DNA of 62,441 nt from a virus (taxonomy: Duplodnaviria > Caudoviricetes): positions 1 to 62,441 of IMG/VR virus record IMGVR_UViG_3300036853_000205, one strand, 5' to 3'. Numbering within the stretch: the first letter of the stretch is position 1; the number at the start of each line of letters is the position of its first letter. A program made the translations under genes and the position numbers. The notes under the pieces are model-generated. The model ran no database searches. It saw only the letters and a program-made list of their open reading frames with translations, and was not told the origin of the DNA. Shown one piece after another: positions 9,236 through 18,145 of this stretch.

Positions 9236-9322
9236 TGACTGGACTCAACCTGCGCAACCTGACCGGCGGTGCGCTACATCACCACGGCGTCTCGCGTGAT
9301 GGTCCCCTCCGGAGATTTGGAA

Positions 9323-9360
9323 CCCCCCTACCCATCGGTGCGTGTCAATAGGTAGGGGGG
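9323..9360. other. Inverted repeat in probable cos/packaging region
   Basis: CCCCCCTACC-N18-GGTAGGGGGG just downstream of HNH gene; HNH + P27 terS phages are typically cos-type. Confidence 0.5.
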
Positions 9361-9388
9361 CGGCTTTGATGCTGGGGTTGATGCGGGT

Positions 9389-9802
9389 CTATGCGCGCGG
9401 CTTGTGCCAGCCGCCAGGCTGGAGACGCGCGGTCGAGCTGGAGTGACAGCGACGGCACAGGCCGCGCCCGTGGGCGGGGTCGTCGCTGTCGAGCCCGGCC
9501 GCGAGCAGGGCGCGCTTGTCTATGGGCCAGTGATCTGCGTCAGTGCTGGGCGCGGGGCACGGACCCTTACCGTGCCAGGCGTGGTCGTGCAGATCGCATT
9601 GGCAGTACGGGTGCTTCTTCAGCACGCCGCGCCGGAAGCGCCAACGGTGGCTCGGGCCGTAGACCACATCTTGACGCTCGCGGCGGAATCTCGCGCTGAC
9701 GCGTCGCGCGTGGGAGACGTGCTCGTCGCAGCGCCCTCCGCCGCCATAAACCAGCGTGGGACAACCGAGAAAGGAGCAGGGCGTGGGCGGTCGTAGCGGC
9801 AT
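9389..9802 (-). CDS. HNH endonuclease (terminase-associated)
   Basis: PC..GCP..RCDEH; HPYCQC..STDADH..GLCRRCHSSST. Confidence 0.88.
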   Translation of the reverse strand: MPLRPPTPCSFLGCPTLVYGGGGRCDEHVSHARRVSARFRRERQDVVYGPSHRWRFRRGVLKKHPYCQCDLHDHAWHGKGPCPAPSTDADHWPIDKRALLAAGLDSDDPAHGRGLCRRCHSSSTARLQPGGWHKPRA

Positions 9803-9888
9803 CGTTGGCGTCCCCCGCCCCAACGCCCTGCCCTCAGGTGATGCGCGGGGTCAAGCGCCACGCGGCGGTCGCTCCGGGGCGCCCCGCG

Positions 9889-10233
9889 TCACGATCCGAC
9901 CTTCGTTGTCACCGGCGCGCCGTCCTCCCAAACGAACTCGCCGTGGGCGCCGACGGGGCGATGCTGCCCGCACGTTGTGCAGTAGGTGGCGCCGTAGAAG
10001 CCGGGGTTGCGGGCGTAGGTCTCGGCGAGTGCCTGGCTCATGGTGGTGACCGCGCCGCAGGTCAGGTGCCTGTAGCTGCGCCGGACGGGCCGAACAAATC
10101 CCTGCGCGCGTTCCTGCTCGGATAGCACCAGGTAGGCGGCGGCCTGCGGAACACGTGGACCGTCAACCGGGTCTTCACCGTGGGTCAGGTCAGGGTCTTC
10201 GGGGTCAGACGTGATACGACCCATCGAGGCCAC
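9889..10233 (-). CDS. Hypothetical protein with Zn-ribbon motifs
   Basis: HLTCGAVT..TYCTTCGQH. Confidence 0.7.
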   Translation of the reverse strand: MASMGRITSDPEDPDLTHGEDPVDGPRVPQAAAYLVLSEQERAQGFVRPVRRSYRHLTCGAVTTMSQALAETYARNPGFYGATYCTTCGQHRPVGAHGEFVWEDGAPVTTKVGS

Positions 10234-10283
10234 CTTTCGCTGGGTACAAACGGGGCAAAAGGCAGACTGCGGTGATGATGGAC

Positions 10284-10312
10284 ATATTGGGTGATAGCTG
10301 AGTGAATGTCAA
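10284..10312 (-). promoter_or_regulatory. Sigma70-like promoter upstream of late/packaging operon
   Basis: Minus strand TTGACA-N17-CAATAT. Confidence 0.5.
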
Positions 10313-10533
10313 ACCGACGCGCGGTGCCTCTTGCCTCGCATCGCAGGCCACGGCGTCACGCCCTCCAGGGCCGCCCTTGCGGCGTCATGGTCGTAAAGAG
10401 CGCGGCCCGTATTTTCGTCGTAGGCCACGGCCCGCAGCCGCACCCGAATGGTGACTTCTGACAGCCCTGTCTCATCGGCGAGCACCTGACGGTCGACCAG
10501 GGCCCCTCCCCCGGCGAGGTGCTGAACGATCAC
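10309..10533 (-). CDS. Small HTH DNA-binding protein
   Basis: LVDRQVLADETGLSEVTIR..GRALYD. Confidence 0.65.
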   Translation of the reverse strand: MIVQHLAGGGALVDRQVLADETGLSEVTIRVRLRAVAYDENTGRALYDHDAARAALEGVTPWPAMRGKRHRASV

Positions 10534-10548
10534 GTTGCCCCCCGATCC

Positions 10549-10752
10549 TCACGCACGGAACCAACCCCTACGGTACGACTGCGGCGTGGCATTCGGGTCC
10601 GTGTCCCAATCCGGGTCGTAGAACTCGCCGTATGCGCGTTCGAGGTCGGCTTCAGCCTCAGCGGCACGGGAAACGCGCCACAGCTCGTCGCATTCGCAGT
10701 CGTCCCACGGGTCAGGGCAGCGCGCGTGATGCGAGCCAGCGAAGTACCTCAC
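10549..10752 (-). CDS. Hypothetical protein
   Basis: GTGA overlap; acidic, C..CEC. Confidence 0.5.
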   Translation of the reverse strand: MRYFAGSHHARCPDPWDDCECDELWRVSRAAEAEADLERAYGEFYDPDWDTDPNATPQSYRRGWFRA

Positions 10753-11918
10753 GTGAACGCTTCGCAGCCCGCTGAGCAGGTCAGCTTGCCGGGGCGCCAG
10801 AAACGCTCCCGGTCGGCCCGCTCGGTCGCTTCGATCCACTCCACCGCAGTGGGTTTGCCGCACCTGGCGCACGGGGGTATGCGGAGCACTTTGATCAGCC
10901 CGCGTGGGTAGCGGCGGCGGGGGTCGATCGGCCACGTGTCGAGGATGCGCCGGGCGAGCCAGACACGGCGGTCGTGGCTGGTCTCGGTGTGGCATCGGGG
11001 GCATGTGATCACCGAGGCGTAGGGGTCGTGCCAGAGCGGGGCGCCGCAGACTGCCACCGCGCCACTCGCTCTGTTCGTGATCTCGTCGGGGCATCGCCCC
11101 AGATACTCCAGGTCGTCGCGGTCGTCCAGTGCGGCCCGCACCGCGCCGGTGAGTGAGCGGAGGCTTGCCGCGAAGTCGCCGATGTGCTGCTGCGTGTCGC
11201 ACGCCTCTTCCAGCCAGGTGTACAGGTACGAAAAGTGGTGTCGCGTCGCCGGGCCCCAGCCGGCGGAGTCAGATGGCCACCGTAGCTGCCACTCCTGCGC
11301 CGTCGGGTCGTCGGGGCGGTCGGCGGGCTGCCGCGCCGGGGCGATGCCCAGCCGTGCCATCGCCAGGGCCCTGCGCTGTTCAGCCGTAAGGGCGGGCGGC
11401 TCGGGCTGCGGGTGCCGTCGGGCGTCCGAGCCCCGGCGCGCGGTGTTGTGCCCAAATGCGTGCCGCCATTCCAGGGCCCACGCGCGCAGCCACTCCCGAA
11501 TCGGCAACACCCCAGCCTGGTCGTCCGCCAGCACCATCACGGGTTTGCCCTGCGCGTCGTGGATCGGCTCCCGGTGCCAGCAGAGAGCCGGTCGACCCAG
11601 ACCACCATCCGAGTCGACCGGACCGGGTTCCACGGTAGTCCACACCCGTACACCGGGCACGAACAGGCACCGCGCGTCGTCGCTGCCCCCGGCTTCGAGA
11701 GTCAGCGCTGCCAGGCGTGCGGGCATCGGTGCCTCGCCGCGCGGGGAGGTGATCCGCTCGCCCGTGCAGTTGGCGGGCACCAGCGCGACCCGCAACCGCT
11801 TCTGTAGGGCGGGCAGGTCGGTCAACGCGTTGGCCATCCGGGTGCGGCATCGGTCGCACACGGGGCCCGCACCCCGGCCGCAGACCTTGCACGCGTCAGC
11901 CTCGTCGTCGTTTTTCAC
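10749..11918 (-). CDS. Multi-Zn-finger protein, possible late-gene regulator
   Basis: CKVC..CDRC; LGRCP..CGAPL..CPRC; CARC..C; position at end of early operon. Confidence 0.65.
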   Translation of the reverse strand: MKNDDEADACKVCGRGAGPVCDRCRTRMANALTDLPALQKRLRVALVPANCTGERITSPRGEAPMPARLAALTLEAGGSDDARCLFVPGVRVWTTVEPGPVDSDGGLGRPALCWHREPIHDAQGKPVMVLADDQAGVLPIREWLRAWALEWRHAFGHNTARRGSDARRHPQPEPPALTAEQRRALAMARLGIAPARQPADRPDDPTAQEWQLRWPSDSAGWGPATRHHFSYLYTWLEEACDTQQHIGDFAASLRSLTGAVRAALDDRDDLEYLGRCPDEITNRASGAVAVCGAPLWHDPYASVITCPRCHTETSHDRRVWLARRILDTWPIDPRRRYPRGLIKVLRIPPCARCGKPTAVEWIEATERADRERFWRPGKLTCSAGCEAFT

Positions 11919-12184
11919 CGTAGAGCCTCGTTGAGCCCAACCAGCCGCACCAGCCGGAGCATGTCTTCGCCGCTGGGCCGCTCCAGGCTGCGCAGGGTGG
12001 CTGAGCGGGACGGCGACCACGCAACCGCCTGCCAGGCGTGGGTGAGTTTGTCAACGAACACCCCAAGTTCGTCGTCTTGCCAGGTCCACCGAGCGAGGTC
12101 GGGGTCTTTCTCGGGCGGACCCAGACGCTCGACCAGGACCGGCAGCCATTGGTCGGTCTGAGCGGGTGCGAAAGTCGAGGACAT
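11915..12184 (-). CDS. Hypothetical protein
   Basis: AAGGAG RBS; GTGA overlap downstream. Confidence 0.6.
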   Translation of the reverse strand: MSSTFAPAQTDQWLPVLVERLGPPEKDPDLARWTWQDDELGVFVDKLTHAWQAVAWSPSRSATLRSLERPSGEDMLRLVRLVGLNEALR

Positions 12185-12207
12185 CGTGGCTCCTTCGGGG
12201 TTGTCGG

Positions 12208-15200
12208 TCATGCCGAGTCGGCCCAGGCGAACGCGGGCGCGCTGGGTTCGGCTTCGATGCTCACGCCGAACAGTTCGGTCTTCATGCATCGCACCAGTTC
12301 GGCGGTCGCCACCTCGGCGTCGGCCGCAGGCACGAACACGTCCAGTTCGTCATGCACGGGCAGTAGCACGCAGGCACCCCAACGGGTCTCGCGCCACCGA
12401 ACCAGGGCATCGACTAGCAGCTCCCTTGCGGTCCCCTGGATGCAGAAGTTCGGGCCCTTGTGGGGGAACTCGCGGGGTAGGTGGATGACGCGTCCGGCGT
12501 AGGTGGCGAACTGGGTCTGGCCGCGCTGAACCGCTTCCCGGATCGACTGGGACCAGGCCGTCAGTTGCGGCGCAAGCGCGTCCAGCGCATCCACCACCCG
12601 CTGCATCTCAGCGTGCGACACGCCCAACTGCGCGGCCAGGGCGGGCACCCCACCGCCGTAGATCCGCCCGAACACACCGCGCTTGACCCGGTAGCGCTGG
12701 GCCTTGTTGGCGTCCGGCCCGTACACCATGCGGGCGATCTCCCAGTGCAGGTCGCGTCCGTCGAGCAGGAATTGCAGCAGGTTGCGGTCCTGGGACAGGG
12801 CGGCGGCCACCCGGATTTCTACGCTGGAGAAGTCCGCCCCGATCATGAGCATTTCCGGGTCCGCGGTCAGGCACGCCCGCATTCCGCCTTCGCGGGGCAG
12901 TTGCTGGAGGTTGGGCCGGACGCAGGACATGCGGCCGGTGTCAGTGCCGAGCGTGTAGACCGTGGGTCGGGCACGCCCGTCGCCGCGTTCGCACAGTTGC
13001 CGGTACGGGTCCAGGAACAGCCCAAGAGCGGTGTCGGCGTGCCGGTAGTCGAGCACCGCCCCCACGAGGACGCCGAGCGGCCCTTCAGCGGCCCGTAGCG
13101 GCTCCAGAACGCCCGCAGCCACTGAGGGGCGCCCCGTCTTCGTTGTCGGCAACGTCGCGCCGAGCTGGGTGGCTGCCTGGCCCACCTGCTGGTCGGAACC
13201 GGGGTTGTCGATCCCGAACGTGCGCACCCGGACGGCGGCGTCGGCCCGGCCCGCGATGTGCAGCTCGCTCAGCCGGGCGATGTGCTCGGCGTCGAGCCGA
13301 ACGCCTTCATGCGCTACTCGGGCAGTCATGCGCTGCGCCAGCCGCTCCCGCCAGTACACCTTGGGGGCTGGCTGGGGCAGGACTTCGGCGAGGGCAGCGG
13401 TGTCGAGCACGTCCGACGCCGCGTAGCGCAGCATCGTCGCCGAGTGGGTGTCGACCTGTGCCCAGCCGGACCGCTCAACCGGGGTGTCGGCCTTGGTCTT
13501 TTCGAGCCAACGGCCCGCCTTGAACAGCGCTGCCCGACTGGCGTCGGCAGCCGGAGCGACCGCGCGCACGCCGAGCACGGCCGCCGCCAACTTCTTCAGA
13601 CCGGGATCGGAGCCGGTGCTGGCGGGGTCGGCGAGCTTGGCGGGGATGACGGTGTCGCGCATCCGCAGCCATGCCGCGTCGGCGTCGATCAGTCCCGCGT
13701 GGGCCAGCGGCACCAGGTCGGCGGTGGCCGAGTGCGCGTGCAACGTCGGCGCCTCGTCCAGCAGGGAGCTGATCAGCGCGGCCTGCTCGATGGGGTCGAA
13801 CACCACGGCGGCTGTGGCGTCGCCGAGCTGCACTGACCGCAGAGCGTAATCACCGTGGCCCACCGGGTAGCCCGTGGTCTCCACGTCCACGGTCAGCGCA
13901 CCCGAGCGCTCCACGGCACCCCGGACCACGGCTGCGGCCTGCTCCAGACTCAGCGCCATGATCGTGCCGTCGCGGTCGACCACGGCGGGCAGCGCCACCG
14001 TCGCGCCAGCCGCCGCAAGGATCGACGCCGAGCGTGCCTCAGCCTTGAGCTGCGCGCGGGCCTCGGTTTTGGTGATCTTCGATGTGCTGGCACGTAGCGC
14101 CACGTCGGCGAGGGTGGTCTGTGACGGGGTGACCCGTGACGGGACCTGTTCCCCTTTATCTGTATTTATATAGTGTGTGTTATTTGTATGTTGTTGATGA
14201 TTGTTGTCTAAACTATTCAAACTAGTCACTGAACAAGAAGAAACAGGGTCTGACCTGGTGTTATCGTCCGTGACGGGCGTGGTCGAAACCAGTCGCTCAA
14301 CGCGTCCCACTCCAGTCACCGATGCGTCAGACGTTTCGACCTCCGGACTCGTTCGTCCTAGGAAGGCGGCCGGGGTGGGTGTCGTCGGCATGGACCCTTC
14401 GGTCCAACCCAGGATCGAGAGCGGTCTGACCTTTCCGTTTCGCGTGTGCTGCGCCGGAAAACCCATCTCCGTCAGGGTCCGACCGAAGGAAGTCACTGAT
14501 GGTATGACCGTTTTCCGGTAGATGGGATTGTCCTGATGCCACTGCGCGAACGCGTTGTAAAGGGTGCGGGCGGCGGTGCCCGGCTCGGTCGGGATGGTGC
14601 GGTTTTCGACCCACTCTCGGACCGGGTTCTGGTCCTCCGCGAGCGTCTGCGCCAGGCCGCGCACAGCCGCCGGGGCCACTGCGTTCGACGCTGAGTCCCG
14701 GTCGGCCAGATAGCCCGCCGTCTCCCGCATCAGGGCGGCCAGGATGCCTGGTGCCTCCTCGGCCAACGCAACGCCGAGCAGCGCGAGCCGGGCTGGTCGA
14801 ACGTCACTCTCCGTAGCGTTGCAGGGGATCAGGCGCATCCGGGCGCGTAGGGCGGGGTCGGTCAGGTGGGGCTCGTCGTTCGTCGTCATGACCAGGGTGT
14901 GACTCGGCGGGAACGTCACCGAGTTGGCGCGCATCGGGCGCCCGGTCAGCGACCCTCCGCCGGTGAGCTGCTTCAGGCGTTCGGTGGCGTCGTGGCCGCG
15001 CCGGGGCCCCTCGTCGATGAACGAGAACCGGCGCCCTTTCAGGTCCCAGATAATCTCCGGGTGGCTGGTGTCCTGCGCGCTGAGCAGTCTCGGGCTGGCG
15101 GCGTGCGCATAGGAGCCCAGCACCTCAACCAGCATCTCGATCAGCGAGGTCTTGCCCGAGCGCTCCGTGCCGTAGAGCACCGGCAGGGCTGCGTCCGCGT

Positions 15201-16842
15201 GGCCTGTGAGGCCGATGGCCAGCACCCGCAGCGCCCACGCGCGCACCTCGGGGTCGGGAAGCACCGCGGCCACGAACGCATCCCATCGTGGCGTCGCGCA
15301 GTTCGGGTCCGGGGCGCACAGGGCAGTACGGAGGTGCGGGGTGCCCGGGTCGACCCACCGTGCCAGGGTCGGCACGTCGCCACTCGCCCGCAGATCCCAT
15401 GGAGCTCCCCCGGCCCAAAGAATCTCCGGGTTGGCGTCGAGTGTTGCGCTGCGCAGGGCGGCCGGATGGTCAGAGCTGACGATGGCGCGCAGCTTGCGGG
15501 CGACCTTGCTCGCGCCCGCCGACGACATGAACTGTGCCCGCCGCACGGCCCGCCAGTGCGCTTCTGTCCGGTCGCCCAGCTCCTTCGGTACCGGTGTCTC
15601 CCCGATCGGCATCAACTCCGCCAGCACCGCGATTGCCCACTCGGACAGGTCGTCGGCGTGCTCCCGCCACACGTCCCGGCCGCGCACGATCCACAGCTTG
15701 GCGTCGCTGGCGAACCGCAGCGCCGGATACATCCGGTAGGCGACAGCCTTGGCCAGGCCCTGATCGCTGGAGTCCAGCGCCGGATCGAACGGCTCCCCGC
15801 CCAGCACCGCATACACTGACCACGGAGGCTCTGCCGGAGGTGCTTCGTCACCCGGCGGAGCCTCCCCCTGCCCGGCGATGGCCTCGTGCTCGTGCTGGTG
15901 AGCCTGCTCCGCCGTGAACACGTGGAACGGCTGGACCGCCCCGTCGTCCAGACCCTGTTGCACCCAGAGCTGGTCATCGGCATCGGGGCAGCCCCACACC
16001 TCACCGATGGCCTCTTCCAGCCGCTTGCGGGCCACCCCTTCATCGAGGTATCCGCCGCCGACATACCCGCCCAGGGTCAGCGCCGCGCGCAGCAGCACCG
16101 TTCGGAAGCCGATCCCGCCGTCGCTGGTCCACGTCGACACCTCGGCGAGCTTGGCGGAGATGGCCTTCTCGGCAGCCGGCGCGGACTGCGGCTCGCGGCA
16201 GGCGACGAACGACTGCCACCAGTCAGGCCCGCCGGCCGAGCGCATACCCGTCCCCGCCGCACGGACCTCCCCGATGCGCGCCGCGAGCGCTGACCCGCTG
16301 GCGTCTTGCCCTGTGCGCCAGGCGTAGTCGCCGAATCCGCCGGGGTCGGGTACCCGCTGCCACTGGTAGGCGACCGGTGCCCGCGTCACAGCCGACGCCC
16401 GCACGGTCGGCGCGATGAAGGCGAACCCACGGCCGCTGCCGTCCGGCAGGCCGCCCTTGACGTCGATGCCGGGCCAGAGGTTGTCGCGGCTGCCCACGCC
16501 GAGCGACGCGATGAACAGGTGCCAGCCGCCGGACGGCGTGGCCGCACAGGCGTACACCGTGGGCATCAGCCCTTCCAGCGCACCGAGGTCAGCGCCGTTG
16601 CGCGGGTCGATGTCGATCAGATCCAGACCGCAGCCCATCACCGCGCACAGCGCGAGTCCCGGCACCCACAGGTCGACGACGCCCGGGTCAGGCTCGGTGC
16701 GTTCCCAGTGCTTCGGCGGCCGGAATCCGGTCTTCGCGTCCGGGTCGGGGTGCGCCAGGAACAGCGGAACGCCCGCAGCGACCAGGGTCCGGGCCACGTC
16801 CAGGTCGGCGCGCTGCTGTTCTGTCAGGTCAGGATTAGTCAT
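12208..16842 (-). CDS. Fused replicase: bifunctional Prim-Pol + D5-like SF3 helicase + 3'-5' exonuclease/family A DNA polymerase
   Basis: DLIDIDPRNG/TPSGGWH; GTERSGKTS, FIDE, MTTN; DVETTG, YAASD; TGRMS..PNLQQLP, ADFSSVEIR, RYRVKRGVFGRIYG, VHDEL in one ORF. Confidence 0.9.
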   Translation of the reverse strand: MTNPDLTEQQRADLDVARTLVAAGVPLFLAHPDPDAKTGFRPPKHWERTEPDPGVVDLWVPGLALCAVMGCGLDLIDIDPRNGADLGALEGLMPTVYACAATPSGGWHLFIASLGVGSRDNLWPGIDVKGGLPDGSGRGFAFIAPTVRASAVTRAPVAYQWQRVPDPGGFGDYAWRTGQDASGSALAARIGEVRAAGTGMRSAGGPDWWQSFVACREPQSAPAAEKAISAKLAEVSTWTSDGGIGFRTVLLRAALTLGGYVGGGYLDEGVARKRLEEAIGEVWGCPDADDQLWVQQGLDDGAVQPFHVFTAEQAHQHEHEAIAGQGEAPPGDEAPPAEPPWSVYAVLGGEPFDPALDSSDQGLAKAVAYRMYPALRFASDAKLWIVRGRDVWREHADDLSEWAIAVLAELMPIGETPVPKELGDRTEAHWRAVRRAQFMSSAGASKVARKLRAIVSSDHPAALRSATLDANPEILWAGGAPWDLRASGDVPTLARWVDPGTPHLRTALCAPDPNCATPRWDAFVAAVLPDPEVRAWALRVLAIGLTGHADAALPVLYGTERSGKTSLIEMLVEVLGSYAHAASPRLLSAQDTSHPEIIWDLKGRRFSFIDEGPRRGHDATERLKQLTGGGSLTGRPMRANSVTFPPSHTLVMTTNDEPHLTDPALRARMRLIPCNATESDVRPARLALLGVALAEEAPGILAALMRETAGYLADRDSASNAVAPAAVRGLAQTLAEDQNPVREWVENRTIPTEPGTAARTLYNAFAQWHQDNPIYRKTVIPSVTSFGRTLTEMGFPAQHTRNGKVRPLSILGWTEGSMPTTPTPAAFLGRTSPEVETSDASVTGVGRVERLVSTTPVTDDNTRSDPVSSCSVTSLNSLDNNHQQHTNNTHYINTDKGEQVPSRVTPSQTTLADVALRASTSKITKTEARAQLKAEARSASILAAAGATVALPAVVDRDGTIMALSLEQAAAVVRGAVERSGALTVDVETTGYPVGHGDYALRSVQLGDATAAVVFDPIEQAALISSLLDEAPTLHAHSATADLVPLAHAGLIDADAAWLRMRDTVIPAKLADPASTGSDPGLKKLAAAVLGVRAVAPAADASRAALFKAGRWLEKTKADTPVERSGWAQVDTHSATMLRYAASDVLDTAALAEVLPQPAPKVYWRERLAQRMTARVAHEGVRLDAEHIARLSELHIAGRADAAVRVRTFGIDNPGSDQQVGQAATQLGATLPTTKTGRPSVAAGVLEPLRAAEGPLGVLVGAVLDYRHADTALGLFLDPYRQLCERGDGRARPTVYTLGTDTGRMSCVRPNLQQLPREGGMRACLTADPEMLMIGADFSSVEIRVAAALSQDRNLLQFLLDGRDLHWEIARMVYGPDANKAQRYRVKRGVFGRIYGGGVPALAAQLGVSHAEMQRVVDALDALAPQLTAWSQSIREAVQRGQTQFATYAGRVIHLPREFPHKGPNFCIQGTARELLVDALVRWRETRWGACVLLPVHDELDVFVPAADAEVATAELVRCMKTELFGVSIEAEPSAPAFAWADSA
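14120..14320. other. Candidate replication origin inside replicase gene
   Basis: Strongly AT-rich tract ~14155-14245 in a GC-rich genome, flanked by repeated GTGAC/GTCAC pentamers. Confidence 0.6.
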
Positions 16843-17047
16843 GCTGCACGCACCGTTCGCCATTTCCGCCAAGGTGCTCGATCTGAAACGACCGGACCTG
16901 ATCAAGCGGTATCCAGGTGCGCGGCACCCCTCGGCCGATCACCAGGCAGCGACTCGGTGCGTCAATCTTCCAGCCGCCGCCCTCGGCACTAACGGGGTAG
17001 TACATGTGCGTGTGGTCGTGATAGAGGATTACCAGTTGCAGCCTCAT
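16835..17047 (-). CDS. Hypothetical protein
   Basis: Overlap-coupled ORF in replication operon. Confidence 0.6.
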   Translation of the reverse strand: MRLQLVILYHDHTHMYYPVSAEGGGWKIDAPSRCLVIGRGVPRTWIPLDQVRSFQIEHLGGNGERCVQHD

Positions 17048-17531
17048 GTTGCACGCGCCTTTGCCGAGAGTGGGTCGGGCAGACCGCAGTCACGGACGGC
17101 GGCGAACAGGGCGTGTCGGGCGGCAGCGCGAGCGTGCGGCATGGCCCTGGTGATGTCGTACAGGCCAGCGGCCGTGAGCCGTTTGTCGCTCGCCCACGGC
17201 ATCACCTCCGCCGCGCAGCGCTGCACCACCGACACTCCGGGCAGTTCACGGCCGAGCGCTGTCACCGCGCCTACCATGTCCCGGGTGGTGGCTGCTGCGC
17301 GCGGCGTGGACAAGCGGCTAGAGCGCATGGCGACGATGAACCGCTCGACGGCCAGCACCACCGGGCCGCACTGATCGCCGATCGTCAGCAGCGTTTGGAC
17401 GAGCCGCAGGACTGAGCCAGGGTCGCACTGCAAGACGGTGTGCAGCCTCTCTTGCCCGCCGCCGCCGGTCAGCAACATCACCACGCCAGGGATGGGCCCC
17501 GGGTCAACGCCAACGACGCGAAACGGCGAAG

Positions 17532-17535
<4 letters not shown>
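17044..17535 (-). CDS. RuvC-like Holliday junction resolvase
   Basis: VVGVDPG, LAVERF, HARAAARHA. Confidence 0.78.
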
Positions 17536-17648
<113 letters not shown>

Positions 17649-17722
17649 CATCCAGCTCACCTTTTGCCTCCGGTTCTCGTTGTTGTTGTCATTTCGCGGA
17701 TTCAGCACTGCCAAGCAAAAGG

Positions 17723-18145
17723 TCAGCCCCGCACGGTCACCACATCGGGGCAGTCGCATGTGGACAACGGCCCGTCTGCGCTCGGGTCGTAGCCGAGGCA
17801 GCGGAACGGAGTAGCTGGATCGGTGGGGTCTAAGTTCAGCGTGTCGTCTAGTCGGTGCCAGTCATGCGGATGACGACAGCGCAGGCACATGGGCAAACGG
17901 GAGCACTCGATCGGGTCGAGCGGTGGCCGGGCGTTGGCGAATACCAAAAGGGACAGTGCGTGCTCGTACTCCACTACGGCGTCGAGCGGGTCGACCCACC
18001 GATGCCGGTCAACCCACGCGCGGGCGATGTTCTTTTCCGCTTCAGTCGGCTCGCGGTGGGGTGGATTGCCCAGCGTGAAAATCCAGTCGCTGAGGTCGGA
18101 GCCTTCCGGCCGCACGATCGCTGCATACTCCGGCGCTTCATTCAT
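17723..18145 (-). CDS. Hypothetical protein with C-terminal Cys/His finger
   Basis: CLRCRHPHDWH..C..CDCP. Confidence 0.6.
   Translation of the reverse strand: MNEAPEYAAIVRPEGSDLSDWIFTLGNPPHREPTEAEKNIARAWVDRHRWVDPLDAVVEYEHALSLLVFANARPPLDPIECSRLPMCLRCRHPHDWHRLDDTLNLDPTDPATPFRCLGYDPSADGPLSTCDCPDVVTVRG

Noticed and set aside
14100-14400. Intein or intron in the replicase
   Set aside because: No intein terminal motifs or homing endonuclease; frame is continuous
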